Source of the DNA: a virus
Lineage: Duplodnaviria; Caudoviricetes
IMG/VR virus record: IMGVR_UViG_3300037419_001758
Coordinates: 1-41,096 of that record
DNA: 41,096 bases
Reading direction: 5' to 3' (one strand)
This document shows, piece by piece, positions 24,712 to 34,689 of the stretch (position 1 is its first letter; each line of letters begins with the position of its first letter). The notes below the pieces were generated by a model. It was given only the letters and a program-made list of their open reading frames with translations, was not told the origin of the DNA and made no database searches. A program made the position numbers and the translations under genes.

Positions 24712-25410
24712 ATGCCCAACTACGCCGCGTGGCCCCTCATCGCCGACGTCAACGCCAAGCTCTCCGCGCTGGGCGTGACCCTGCGCGCGACCGTGGATGA
24801 TCCGTATCGCCAGAGCATCATTGACGGCGTGGCGGAGGAGATCACCCGGAGCACGCGCCGCACCTGGGTTGCGGTTTCGGAGACGCGGACCTTCGACGGC
24901 AGCGGGACGGGAGAGCAGGAGCTCAACGAGTTCGTCAGCCTGACCAACGTCTCGCTGCTCTACGCCACGAACAGCACCTTGATCGACCTCACGACGGGCG
25001 TGGTGGTGTTGAAAGAGGCCAACCTGCCGCAGACGCGGATCGCGCTCTCCCGCTCCCCGCTTCCGGGCTGGACGGGCGCGTGGTCGGACCAGTTCCCGCA
25101 GGGGCGCGGCAACATCAGTGTGACGGCCTCCTGGGGGTATGGCGCGACGATTCCCGTCAACCTGTGGACAGCCGCGCGCGACGAGATGGCCGTGCGCCTG
25201 GCGGAAGAGGCGCTCTTTGTGCCGGGCCAGAACAGCGCCGGCATTGCCACGGGCCGCCTGACGCAGTGGAAGAACGATACGGTCAGCCAGACCTACGAGA
25301 TGGTGGACCTGGACGGGATGCGGGTCACGAAGCGGTATGCCGACGCCGTGAAGTTCTACACGCGCCCGCTGGGTTCGCGGCTGCGGCGGTTCCGCGCACC
25401 GATGATCTAG
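24712..25410 (+). CDS. Head-tail adaptor/connector protein
   Basis: ETRTFDGSG and FPQGRGNISVTASWGY motifs; position after the capsid genes. Confidence 0.75.
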   Translation: MPNYAAWPLIADVNAKLSALGVTLRATVDDPYRQSIIDGVAEEITRSTRRTWVAVSETRTFDGSGTGEQELNEFVSLTNVSLLYATNSTLIDLTTGVVVLKEANLPQTRIALSRSPLPGWTGAWSDQFPQGRGNISVTASWGYGATIPVNLWTAARDEMAVRLAEEALFVPGQNSAGIATGRLTQWKNDTVSQTYEMVDLDGMRVTKRYADAVKFYTRPLGSRLRRFRAPMI

Positions 25411-25449
25411 GGGCTTTTGACTTTTTCGACAGGTTTTGAACACGCGCCC

Positions 25450-26304
25450 ATGAGCTTTCTCGACCAACTCCGCCACAGCACGCCGCTCTGGCTGCCGCCG
25501 CTCCTGCGCCGCCGCGAGTTCGATGATGGCTATGGTGTGGAGGGGTTCGGCGGCCAGCCGAATGCGAATAGCGCCCCGATCTGGACGCCGGCCAACCTCG
25601 GCGGCCTGTTCTACTGGCACGAGGCCGCGATCGGCTATGACTTCACGGACACGGCGCGGACCGCCGCGGCCAACGTGAATGATACGGTGGGTAGCGAGAC
25701 GGACCGCAGCAGCAGCGGGAACCACGTCTCGCAGGCCACGGTGGCGGACCGGCCGCAGCTGGTCCAGGTCACCAACGGGGGCGCCACGTTCTATGACCTG
25801 GCGTTCGACGGGACGGACGACTACCTCTCCCACCCAACGCCCGCGAATGGCGCGACGAGCGTCCTGTTCGGCTGCTTCGGGTTCCGGGCGGCGGATACCG
25901 TCAACGTCCGCACGCCGTTCTTGTATGGCAATGAGGCGAGCGCCGCGGCGCTCTACGCCGTGACCCGGAACAACAACCTGGGCATGGAGCAGTGGGGCGG
26001 CAACGCGGTCTCGTTCTTCAACGGCACGACCGGCAACATGGTAGCCGGCACGTATTACGTGGCCTCGTTCATCTATGACGGCACGAACCTGACCACCTAC
26101 CTCAACGGGACGCAGTCGAACCAGGCGGCGCGCAGCCTGTCGCTGGTTTCCAGCCTGCTCTACGTGGGCGCCATCCCGGAAGTCGCGACCTACTGGAACG
26201 GCAACCTGCCGATTCTGCTGCTGACGAGTACCGTGCCATCCAGCGCGGACCACGCGAGCGCCCGGGCCTATATCGGTAACAAGATCGGAGTCGCCACGCT
26301 GTGA
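25450..26304 (+). CDS. Virion protein with LamG/concanavalin-like lectin domain
   Basis: WTPANLGG, DRSSSGNHVSQ, FDGTDDYL, YDGTNLTTYLNG. Confidence 0.7.
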   Translation: MSFLDQLRHSTPLWLPPLLRRREFDDGYGVEGFGGQPNANSAPIWTPANLGGLFYWHEAAIGYDFTDTARTAAANVNDTVGSETDRSSSGNHVSQATVADRPQLVQVTNGGATFYDLAFDGTDDYLSHPTPANGATSVLFGCFGFRAADTVNVRTPFLYGNEASAAALYAVTRNNNLGMEQWGGNAVSFFNGTTGNMVAGTYYVASFIYDGTNLTTYLNGTQSNQAARSLSLVSSLLYVGAIPEVATYWNGNLPILLLTSTVPSSADHASARAYIGNKIGVATL

Positions 26305-26621
26305 GCATCTACACTCATCGCACGATCATCATCGTGCAGGCGTCGGACCAGGCGGCGGCCAACCAGGCGGCGGCGTCCATGCCGGGGGCCAGTCCCGCGG
26401 ACTTGCAGGCGTTTCACGTGGGGCTGTCCCCCGCGGGGCAGGCGCCGGCCACGCACTATTGGTGCAACAGCCAGTTCGACGACGCGCACCGGCAGATGGT
26501 GACAGGGCTGCAGGCGCAGTTCCCCACCGCGACGGTGGCGGATTACGACCTGCTGGACAATCCCACCTATCCGTCTACACTGCTGGCGAGCCTGGGCCTG
26601 CAGCCGATTGTGGGGCTGTAA
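26301..26621 (+). CDS. Hypothetical partner of the lectin-domain protein
   Basis: GTGA coupled; LSPAGQAPATHYWC motif. Confidence 0.65.
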   Translation: MSIYTHRTIIIVQASDQAAANQAAASMPGASPADLQAFHVGLSPAGQAPATHYWCNSQFDDAHRQMVTGLQAQFPTATVADYDLLDNPTYPSTLLASLGLQPIVGL

Positions 26622-26625
26622 GGGG

Positions 26626-27060
26626 ATGGCGCTCAACTTCCGCCAGCAGCAGGCGTACAACCATCGCTTTCAGGTGTGGCGGCGCGGCTTTACGGAAAAC
26701 CCGACGACGGGTGAGCGGGTCGAGGGGACGTACGCGTTGGTGGGCAGCACGCACCCCGGCCTCTACGGCTACACGCAGAACGACGACGACCCGAGCAGTG
26801 TGGGCAAGATCAAGCGCCGGACCGCGCTCACAGAGGACAAGCTGGAGTGCGAGGTGTCGATCGACATCCGCAGCACAGACCTGGTGCTGGACCTCTCGCT
26901 GGACAGTAGCGGCAGCCCGACCGCTAACCACGGACAGGTCCATCGCGTCGAAGGGCAGCCGCGGAAGTACCCGGACCAGGGGCTGATGGAGCTCAACTAC
27001 CTGACAGTGCAGTTGATGAGCGTGGAAGCGAACGAGATCCCCGCGGAGGTGCATCCGTGA
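26626..27060 (+). CDS. Probable head-closure (stopper) protein
   Basis: Size, beta-rich sequence and position in the neck cluster; AGGGG RBS. Confidence 0.55.
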   Translation: MALNFRQQQAYNHRFQVWRRGFTENPTTGERVEGTYALVGSTHPGLYGYTQNDDDPSSVGKIKRRTALTEDKLECEVSIDIRSTDLVLDLSLDSSGSPTANHGQVHRVEGQPRKYPDQGLMELNYLTVQLMSVEANEIPAEVHP

Positions 27061-27518
27061 CGCCGGACCTGAACCCATTTATCGCGGAGCTGCGGACGCT
27101 CGTTGCCGCTACCTGGCCCGAGGTTCTGCCGGACGGTCTCGGCGGCGGCGGCGGCGGCATCCTGGAAGCGGAGCACGCGGACAAGATCGAGTGGAAGACG
27201 CTCCGGCTGCCGTATGCCGTGATCCTGGTCACGGGAATGCAGCTCTGGGCGGATGGCCCGATGACGGCGCTCTGGTACCAGGTGACGCCGCAAATCTGGT
27301 ATGTGGCGGCGGTCTCTGGGCCGTCCAGCGGCATCCGCGCGAAGCTCAAGAGCCTGGCAGACGTGTTCTTTCCCACCGATCCGCTCACCACGGCGCAGCG
27401 CTGGCAGATGGGCGCGCCGCAGTGGGGCGATGATCTAAGGCCTAACCAGGTGTTTGCGGCGTCAGGGCACGAGGCGCGGGCCGGCGTGCTGCCGATTACC
27501 TGTGTGATTGGGAGCTAG
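27057..27518 (+). CDS. Probable tail terminator/completion protein
   Basis: LPYAVI motif; neck cluster position. Confidence 0.5.
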   Translation: MTPDLNPFIAELRTLVAATWPEVLPDGLGGGGGGILEAEHADKIEWKTLRLPYAVILVTGMQLWADGPMTALWYQVTPQIWYVAAVSGPSSGIRAKLKSLADVFFPTDPLTTAQRWQMGAPQWGDDLRPNQVFAASGHEARAGVLPITCVIGS

Positions 27519-27521
27519 ACC

Positions 27522-27944
27522 GTGGCCGGCCTGGACCAGCTTGAGCGCTTTGTCACCAACCTGGAAGGTGAGCTCACGCTGGCGGTCAACGACACACTCC
27601 ACGCCGGCTATGGGCTGGCGATCGAGTATTCCAGCGGCACCTACTCGGAAGACGACCTGGCGCGGCTGGACCATCCCTTCGCCACGCGCCACGGCTCCCC
27701 GCAGCTTGACCCGAGCGTGATCAACGTCAAGAGCGGCGACTTCCGCGCAGCGTGGCACACGGTCGGGCCGACGCAGGCAGCGGGCGGAGTGGCGGGGAGC
27801 ATCATCAACAATGATCCGAAGGCGCAGTTTCTCCAGGGGACACGGTTGATGTTTGCACGCCCCATTGATGATCGGATTGCGCATGAGCTGGCGCCGGTGT
27901 TCGAGGCGAATGTGATCCGCGCCGTTGTGCGCGCGGCAAGGTAA
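27522..27944 (+). CDS. HK97 gp10-like neck/tail-completion protein
   Basis: SGDFRAAW...N.P.AQFL.GTRLMFARP motif. Confidence 0.75.
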   Translation: MAGLDQLERFVTNLEGELTLAVNDTLHAGYGLAIEYSSGTYSEDDLARLDHPFATRHGSPQLDPSVINVKSGDFRAAWHTVGPTQAAGGVAGSIINNDPKAQFLQGTRLMFARPIDDRIAHELAPVFEANVIRAVVRAAR

Positions 27945-27956
27945 GGAGACGAACCC

Positions 27957-28172
27957 ATGAAGATACTGGAGCGACAGGATTTCCCCGGGGGCCTGGGCGG
28001 CAGCCATCCGCGCGTGCGGGTGGTGGAGATGGACGCGCTACCCGAGGTGAAGGAAGGCGAGCCGTGCCCTGATCTAACCCGCGTGGCGGATGACGTCATG
28101 CCGTTCGATTGGATGCCGGAAATCCACGCGCCCAAGGCGCCGGTGTATGTGGGGCCGGCGGAAACGAGTTAG
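27957..28172 (+). CDS. Hypothetical protein
   Basis: AAGGAG RBS; 71 aa. Confidence 0.6.
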   Translation: MKILERQDFPGGLGGSHPRVRVVEMDALPEVKEGEPCPDLTRVADDVMPFDWMPEIHAPKAPVYVGPAETS

Positions 28173-28174
28173 TC

Positions 28175-28294
28175 ATGGCCAAGGTTGAACCCAGCGACGA
28201 CCAGCGCGAGTTTATGCTCGTGCTCCGGCGCTCGCTTCTACAGATCATCCGCTGGATTGAGCGGAAATATGGTCTCGATAAGGACGGTGCCTGA
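28175..28294 (+). CDS. Small hypothetical protein (39 aa)
   Basis: MAKVEPSDDQREFMLVLRRSLLQIIRWIERKYGL; TGATG coupling. Confidence 0.55.
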   Translation: MAKVEPSDDQREFMLVLRRSLLQIIRWIERKYGLDKDGA

Positions 28295-28752
28295 TGCAGC
28301 CCCCGACCCCCCAAGAGCGGTTAACCGGACTCCGTAAGTTCCTGGACGATTTCCGCGCCGAGCTGACACCGTTCCTGGAAGCTGAAGAGGCGCAGCGGCA
28401 AAAGCATCCCCACATGTCACTCCCGTGGCAAATGGTGTTCCATCGGGTCCTCACCATCCAGGGGCAGATCGACGCGATTGGAACGGAAGTGTATGGCGCC
28501 ATCGACGTTCTGGTGAAAGCCGAAAAGCGCGCTCTGGAAGAGGAGTGCGAACGCCTCCGCCAGGAGCGCGAGAACGTCAAGCGCACCAACCGGCTTCTCT
28601 CTGAGGTGTTCGAGATGGAGAACCGCCGCACCCGCTTCCTGCGGCAATATGGCGATGGAGATCTCCACACGGCGATCTCTACCGCTTTGGAGCGCGGCAC
28701 CTTGCACCGCTACTTTCCCGATCGCCCCGCGAATAACGAAGGCGACGACTAA
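28294..28752 (+). CDS. Helical coiled-coil hypothetical protein
   Basis: 152-aa ORF with coupled start. Confidence 0.65.
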   Translation: MQPPTPQERLTGLRKFLDDFRAELTPFLEAEEAQRQKHPHMSLPWQMVFHRVLTIQGQIDAIGTEVYGAIDVLVKAEKRALEEECERLRQERENVKRTNRLLSEVFEMENRRTRFLRQYGDGDLHTAISTALERGTLHRYFPDRPANNEGDD

Positions 28753-28847
28753 CCGCACCGGCTAACCCCGGTGCTTTTTCTTATCCGGCTGCACGGTCCT
28801 GCCGTCCCGCCACTCCCGCGAGCCCCTTCCGCGCTCGCTCGTGAGGG

Positions 28848-29300
28848 ATGGCAATGCCCACGCTTCCTGTCTTTCTGGTCAATAGTGCCGGACCATTTTC
28901 CGCAGTCATCACCCCGCAGACAGTCACCGCGGGCGTCTTGGCCGATACCACGCCGGTGGCGACGATGACCGCCAGCCTGGACGATGTGTCGCTCGATTAC
29001 ACGGCCACCACCGAGGACATCTCCGCGATGACGAGCGGGCGCCGCAACCCGGTGATCACCGAGCGCGGCACTTCCATGACCGTGGGTGAAATCCTAAAGA
29101 CTTCCGGCAGCAATCTGCTGGCGGCGGCGGCCGTGGCCGGCGATTACTTCAAGATCGTCTTCACGCGCGGCGCCCAGGCATGGACCGGGTACTTCCTGCT
29201 CACCGGCTACAGCGAGAAGCCCAACGGCAAAGGGAAGACGGTCGGGACCGCGACCTTCGAATCTGTTGATCCAGGGACGGCAAATCCCACCTACGCGTAA
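28848..29300 (+). CDS. Major tail (tube) protein
   Basis: 150 aa, beta-rich, TTEDIS and WTGYFLLTGYSE; directly before the chaperone and tape measure. Confidence 0.75.
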   Translation: MAMPTLPVFLVNSAGPFSAVITPQTVTAGVLADTTPVATMTASLDDVSLDYTATTEDISAMTSGRRNPVITERGTSMTVGEILKTSGSNLLAAAAVAGDYFKIVFTRGAQAWTGYFLLTGYSEKPNGKGKTVGTATFESVDPGTANPTYA

Positions 29301-29311
29301 CCTACCGATCT

Positions 29312-29707
29312 ATGGCTAAAGCAAACCTCCAGGGAGTACCGCGCCCTGCCCGCGCGTTCGAAACGCGCGAATTCCCCCTCTCCACCGGTGAAACGCTGGT
29401 ACTTTCCCTGCGTGTGGCCGACCGCTTCGATGCACTGCGCATCAGCGCGAAGGCGCAGGAGTTGGTGGAGAGCCTCCACGGCAATTACTTCCCGCTGGCA
29501 AATGGAGAGGCGGTGCCGGTGGAACTGGGCGTGGCAAACGTCATCTGCGCGCTGGAAGTGATGCAGCCGGAGACGGTGGAAGACCCGTATTCCGCAGCCG
29601 ACTTCCTGGGGCTGCTGGTCAACTTCCCCCACACCTGGGACGAGGTATCGGCCTGGGCAACGGACTTGCAAGCGGGGGCCAATACGGAGCAAGCGGAAAA
29701 AAACTAG
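29312..29707 (+). CDS. Tail assembly chaperone (G)
   Basis: Between tail tube and tape measure; ends EKN* on slippery A AAA AAC. Confidence 0.8.
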   Translation: MAKANLQGVPRPARAFETREFPLSTGETLVLSLRVADRFDALRISAKAQELVESLHGNYFPLANGEAVPVELGVANVICALEVMQPETVEDPYSAADFLGLLVNFPHTWDEVSAWATDLQAGANTEQAEKN

Positions 29708-29922
29708 CCGAGGGGGCGTACGGACACTGGCTTCGCGCGGTCCTCATCAAGACGCGCTCCCACCCCGAGCCGATCCACTTCCAAAGCCTGGCGCTGTGGT
29801 CCATCAATGAGCGGCTGGCGGGACGCCCCGGCCTGGACCTGGACCCGCCGACGCTACATTGGACGGGTGACCTGTACGCGCTCGCCATCGCCGAGGGCAA
29901 GAAACGGCGCCCCGAGGAATAA
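29698..29922 (+). other. Programmed -1 frameshift site and G-T chaperone extension
   Basis: A-AAA-AAC at 29698-29704; the -1 frame is open and coding-like (LAEGAYGHWLRAVL...KKRRPEE*) to TAA 29922, 3 nt before the tape measure ATG. Confidence 0.85.
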
Positions 29923-29925
29923 CCG

Positions 29926-31383
29926 ATGTCCAGCCAGATGAACATCAACATCAACGCCACTGGCGTGGGCCAGGCCGTGGGGCAGATGCAGCGGCTAGTC
30001 ACGGGCGCGAAGCAGTTCCAGCAGGTGGTCAGTAATTTACCGGTACGAGCTAGCGGCGGCGGAAGCGCTTCCGGCAACCCGATCGTTCGGGCGCAGCAGG
30101 CGTCCGCGGGTCTGCAGGCGGCGCTGGCCGGCGGTAATCCTACCGCGATCTTCGGCGCGCAGCTCCAGCAGGTGCGGGCGCAGCAGAGCCTCCAGCGGGC
30201 GTTCGCGCAGGTAAACGGCCCGTCCTTCGGCTCCCGGATGAGTAGCTTCCTTTCTTCATCGCGGGTCGGGTTCGGCGCCGGGGGTTTCCAGGCGATGCCG
30301 CTGGTGGGCCAGCTCGGGAAGCTCTTCGGCGGCGGCGGTGCGGCCGGCGGCATCGTCATGGCCGGTGTGTCCGCACTCACGGCGTTTGTGGATCAGGTTC
30401 ACGCCGCCGCGGATGCGTTGACCCAGATCCGTAGCGCCGCGCTTATCAGCGGGGGCACGGCTCACAACATGGGCTTTTTCGGCGCTCTGGGCATCAGCGC
30501 AGGGCAGGTGCCGGGACTGGCGGGGTCTCTGCGCGGCCAACTTGCGGGCGGCTCTCCGTTCGCGATGGGTCAGGCGGGCCGGCTGGGGCTGCCGGGCATC
30601 GGCGTTCCTACCGCACTAGCCGGCGCTAATCAGGCGGCGGTGCTGGAGCTCGCCATTCGCAAGATCGCCGGGCTGGATACAGCGGAGAAGCGTCTAACTG
30701 CGGCACGCAACCTGGGGCTGGAATCTCTGATCCCGCAGATTGAGCTTTACGCACGCCACAAGAACGTGATCGACGCAGACACAAAGGCGCTGGAGCGGGC
30801 GGCCAACAGCAAGGCCACGCAGAACGCCGCCGACTTCATGTTCCAACTCGGGCGGGCGCAGACGATGCTCGGAACGTTCGGGCAGGAAGTGGCGGGGCCG
30901 ATCCTGGGCGACTGGTCGCGGGGGCTGGGCAAGCTGGCGGATGTGATGCGCGGCGGCTCGCGGTTCGCCTCGCTGTTCACCTACGGCATTCGTCAATTCA
31001 TCGGCACCGTGTTCCCGTTCATCGGCACACTGGACACGCTCTTAACCGGCATCGGCAAGGTCGGGCCGGCATTCAAGGCGCTGTACGGCTTCATTGAGGA
31101 GTTCATCAACAGCGTCATCGACAAGCTGCCAGACCCGATCAAGAACCAGATGAGCGGCTTCCGCCTGCCGGACTGGAAAGACCTGGCCGACCCGATCAAG
31201 GACCTGACCGGCGCGGTGCAGGACAACACGGCGGCGCAGAACGCGACGACAGGCGCCTTCAAGAACGGCACCTATGGCGGCGGCAGCCGGGCGCGGGGGG
31301 CGCTGCCGGGCGGGCTGAAGGGCCAGGCGTTTAGCCAAGCTGTGGCGGGTAATGCGCTGCGGCTGGGAGCATTCAGTCTCTAA
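29926..31383 (+). CDS. Tape measure protein (short, 485 aa)
   Basis: MNININATG start; Ala/Gly/Gln-rich helical sequence with hydrophobic segments; canonical position. Confidence 0.85.
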   Translation: MSSQMNININATGVGQAVGQMQRLVTGAKQFQQVVSNLPVRASGGGSASGNPIVRAQQASAGLQAALAGGNPTAIFGAQLQQVRAQQSLQRAFAQVNGPSFGSRMSSFLSSSRVGFGAGGFQAMPLVGQLGKLFGGGGAAGGIVMAGVSALTAFVDQVHAAADALTQIRSAALISGGTAHNMGFFGALGISAGQVPGLAGSLRGQLAGGSPFAMGQAGRLGLPGIGVPTALAGANQAAVLELAIRKIAGLDTAEKRLTAARNLGLESLIPQIELYARHKNVIDADTKALERAANSKATQNAADFMFQLGRAQTMLGTFGQEVAGPILGDWSRGLGKLADVMRGGSRFASLFTYGIRQFIGTVFPFIGTLDTLLTGIGKVGPAFKALYGFIEEFINSVIDKLPDPIKNQMSGFRLPDWKDLADPIKDLTGAVQDNTAAQNATTGAFKNGTYGGGSRARGALPGGLKGQAFSQAVAGNALRLGAFSL

Positions 31384-32069
31384 CGTGGCGGCGCCTGCGT
31401 GAACTCTACCCGCTGTCCGTCCTTCGTTCGTACGTCTATATCCGCCGGAAACACCGAGCCCGCCTCTGGCAGAGAGAACCCCTTGCCCTCACCCGGTTGG
31501 AGCGTGACGGCGTTGACTGCGGGCGGCTGGCTGAACCGCTCCAAAGGAGTAGCGCCTGCTGGCGGTTCTGGGGGCGGGAAGGCGGCGGCATGGGCAGTCG
31601 GCCTGATCCCGGTAGCCATTCCGTTTCGCTCGGTCAAGCTGACGCTGCGAGTGATTACTTGCACGTCTACCAGCGGCACGGAGCCGGTGTTGGTGATACG
31701 GCCCACGCCAGGAGCATACCAGCGAACCTCGGCACTCGGTTCGGTAGTGGGGGCGGCAGGGTGGTTGCCTGTTCCGCTTAGAGGGGTTGGTACAGTACTC
31801 ACCCCGTACTGCTGACGGGTGGCAGCGTTGTTCAGGATTCCGCATCCTAACGGCACCAGCACCAGCGCTGCCGCTAGTGCCGCCACCAATGCCACCGCCT
31901 TGACGGCGTTATTGCTTCGCCGCGCGTAAACTTGCTGGCTGTCCATCCGCTGCGTGCGCGGGTCCAATGGGGGCGCAATCGGGCGCGGGGCCAAGCACCG
32001 GAAGCAGGTATCCCGCTGCGGCATATTCGGCGCTCCGCACCGCTGGCACGTCCACCGCAAGGTATCCAT
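31380..32069 (-). CDS. Membrane protein with RanBP2-type Zn finger, TM helix and extracytoplasmic domain (moron)
   Basis: WTCQRCGAPNMPQRDTCFRC; TM AVALVAALAAALVLVPLG; GAGGGAG upstream; antisense to tail genes. Confidence 0.7.
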   Translation of the reverse strand: MDTLRWTCQRCGAPNMPQRDTCFRCLAPRPIAPPLDPRTQRMDSQQVYARRSNNAVKAVALVAALAAALVLVPLGCGILNNAATRQQYGVSTVPTPLSGTGNHPAAPTTEPSAEVRWYAPGVGRITNTGSVPLVDVQVITRSVSLTERNGMATGIRPTAHAAAFPPPEPPAGATPLERFSQPPAVNAVTLQPGEGKGFSLPEAGSVFPADIDVRTKDGQRVEFTQAPPR

Positions 32070-32142
32070 CTCGATCACATCTCCCTCAACGCGCTGAGTC
32101 CGGTATTGGATACGGCGCGGCCCTGATTCCTCCTCACCCTCT

Positions 32143-34689
32143 ATGAACGGCCCCACCGTCATCACGCCGAACGTCAACCCGTTCCTGATTATTGACGTGG
32201 ACGAGCCGCTGCAGACGCGGCCCGAATGGCACGTAGTGCGGGCCGGCAACCAGATCAGCCGAGTACCTAAGGCGGGCGCGAACGTCTCCAGCAACGTCAA
32301 CCTGCAGCTTGGTGGCGGATGGACCCTAGCGCCGCATGAAGACGACCTGACGCGGATCACGTCATCCTCTTACAGCGGCACCGTCTTGCAGTTGGCGGAT
32401 GCGAACGTGGCCTCCGGCTGGACCACGCAGAACACCTGGCAGGTGTCGACCGAGACCGGCATCGGCGCCAGTGGCTCCCTCATCTCTACAGGGGTGCCGG
32501 CGTTCACCAAGCGGGTGGCGGCGAGCGCTTCGTGGAACACGGAACTGTCCTCTGATCTGAACGCACTCCCCAAACCCACCCTTGCCACCGCCGACGTGCC
32601 CATGAATCGGGTGCTGGCGTCGGTGAAGACGTACGCAGAGAACGCCGGCTTCGCACTCAACATCGTCGTTCCGCCAGATAGTATCGGACAGGACACGCTC
32701 CTGTCGTTTTACTTCGGCGGGCCGGCACAGACGGGCACCTCCGGCAAGGTCGGCGGGCAGTTCTGCCTCACGCTACGCGGCTCTGGGGAAGCGCTCCTGC
32801 AGGAGTGGGACGGCAGCGCGTGGGCCATTCGCAAGCGGTTCCGGTGGATTAACGCGGAGCACGTCGGCAGCCTCGGCGTCTATACCGTCTGGATCTTCCC
32901 GTATGGCCGGGATACCATCACCATCCGCACGATGGACACGGCCATCAGCCCTGCGGATTCCGTGTTCGGGGTCGGCACCTTCGGCAATACCGCCGTCACC
33001 CTGGGCCTGGCCCCTACACAGCTCAAGCGCGGCGGCATGTTCTATCGGTCACTCGCCGCCAACACGGGGTACGCTCCCGGCTCGTTCATCACGGGCGCTG
33101 GACAGGTGCGGTTGGACGTGCGGCGCGACCTGCGGCCGCTGATTACCCTCGTTCACCTTTCCCCGCCCCTGGCCGGCGGCTCTTTGGTCGATGCCCCGTT
33201 CTGGATTCCCTTCCCCATCCCTGGCGGTACCACGCTGACGCTGCTGCAAAGTGCCGTCACCCCCAAAGACTCCACCATCGTCGCCAACCTGTACGACGCC
33301 AGCACCCACGCGGCACTCACGCCGGTCGGCACGAACAAATGGCATAGCAACGCCGGCCAGCAGCTCTACTACGCGAAGTTCGGGTTCACGCCGGACAGCC
33401 TGATTGAGCAGACGCCGGTGCTGTGGAAGTACGCCGTGCAGGTTGCCGCGGCGGCATCCGGCAGCCGCACCGGCACCAGCGCCGTCATCCCCATCACCGG
33501 CCTCTCCATCACCGGACCGGACCTGGACCCAACCCACGACACGGCCAGCGTCAACCTGCAGGACCCGGTAGACGCGTACCCGCTGCTGCGGACGCGGGCG
33601 CGGATGCACAGCCGCATCGGCGTGTTTGATGACCTCGGCACGCTCATCTCCGTGCCGTTTGAGGGCGAGATCCAGCGGGCCAACGCCGGGTATCGCGGCC
33701 ACACCGGCAGCGTCTACCCCTCTCCCGCCTGGCGCGAGTATGACATCACCCTGACCGGGATGTGGGCACGGCTGGCCGATCAGGTGAATACCTGCCCGCG
33801 CGACTACACCGTGGACGCGAACGGAAATCCCTGGACCGTCACCGCGGTTATCCGGGATCTGCTGGAGGTGCTGGGCTATCCGGCATCCATGATCGACGTG
33901 CCGGAGCAAGGCATCGTCCTGCAGCCGGCGACCGCTTCCGGTGGGAATGACCTAGTGTTGCTCCCTGGCGCGTCCTTCTCGGACTTCATTCTCAAGCTGG
34001 CCCGCGACTACCTGGGCAGCGTGTTTCTCTGGGACCCGAACGCCGGCAGTGCGCCGGGGATGTGGCGGCTGATCCCGAATCCAGGGCTGAACCCGACGAA
34101 CTTCCTGTGGTCCTTCCTCGACTCGCCGGGATCGGGATTGCTGGCCACTCACCCCACGAGTTACGCCGCGCAGACCACGTTCATCGCGAAGATGGACGGC
34201 CGCTCTACGTTCTCCTCGTACATCGCGCCTCCGGAGTGTAACATGATCCAAGTTGTGGGGACCGGAGGACCTGGGCCATCGGGCGACGGTGCAACACAGA
34301 AGTCAGTTGTATTGTATAACGCGAAATCTTTTGACTTTACGGGGCCGACATCAGACCCGACGCATCCTGATTATTTGGGCAGGTTCGTTCCCCTGATCTA
34401 TGTCGACAGTACTCTGATTGATGATGCCTCAATAGCATTCGCAGCACGGCGCCTATACGATCAAGTTGCTCACGCTCAAAAATGGCTGACCTGGACAAGC
34501 CCAATGGTTTTCGTTTCTCCCGCCATGACAGGTGACCCGCTTCAGACGCTATTACGCCCTCTGCGAGTAAATGATCCTGTGTACGTTTTGGGGGTCCCCT
34601 GTCTTATCCGGAGTTGCAATCCAGATCGCCAAGGGGGTGGAACAGCAGGCAGTATGCTGGCTCATTATGAGGCTCTAGCGCTGGCGTAA
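32143..34689 (+). CDS. Large tail tip/baseplate-hub protein
   Basis: 848 aa, beta-rich, first plus-strand gene after the tape measure. Confidence 0.7.
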   Translation: MNGPTVITPNVNPFLIIDVDEPLQTRPEWHVVRAGNQISRVPKAGANVSSNVNLQLGGGWTLAPHEDDLTRITSSSYSGTVLQLADANVASGWTTQNTWQVSTETGIGASGSLISTGVPAFTKRVAASASWNTELSSDLNALPKPTLATADVPMNRVLASVKTYAENAGFALNIVVPPDSIGQDTLLSFYFGGPAQTGTSGKVGGQFCLTLRGSGEALLQEWDGSAWAIRKRFRWINAEHVGSLGVYTVWIFPYGRDTITIRTMDTAISPADSVFGVGTFGNTAVTLGLAPTQLKRGGMFYRSLAANTGYAPGSFITGAGQVRLDVRRDLRPLITLVHLSPPLAGGSLVDAPFWIPFPIPGGTTLTLLQSAVTPKDSTIVANLYDASTHAALTPVGTNKWHSNAGQQLYYAKFGFTPDSLIEQTPVLWKYAVQVAAAASGSRTGTSAVIPITGLSITGPDLDPTHDTASVNLQDPVDAYPLLRTRARMHSRIGVFDDLGTLISVPFEGEIQRANAGYRGHTGSVYPSPAWREYDITLTGMWARLADQVNTCPRDYTVDANGNPWTVTAVIRDLLEVLGYPASMIDVPEQGIVLQPATASGGNDLVLLPGASFSDFILKLARDYLGSVFLWDPNAGSAPGMWRLIPNPGLNPTNFLWSFLDSPGSGLLATHPTSYAAQTTFIAKMDGRSTFSSYIAPPECNMIQVVGTGGPGPSGDGATQKSVVLYNAKSFDFTGPTSDPTHPDYLGRFVPLIYVDSTLIDDASIAFAARRLYDQVAHAQKWLTWTSPMVFVSPAMTGDPLQTLLRPLRVNDPVYVLGVPCLIRSCNPDRQGGGTAGSMLAHYEALALA

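Noticed and set aside
32070-32360. N-terminal extension of ORF 31380-32360
   Set aside because: It overlaps the tail gene on the other strand; the RBS and Zn finger indicate a start near 32069-32078.
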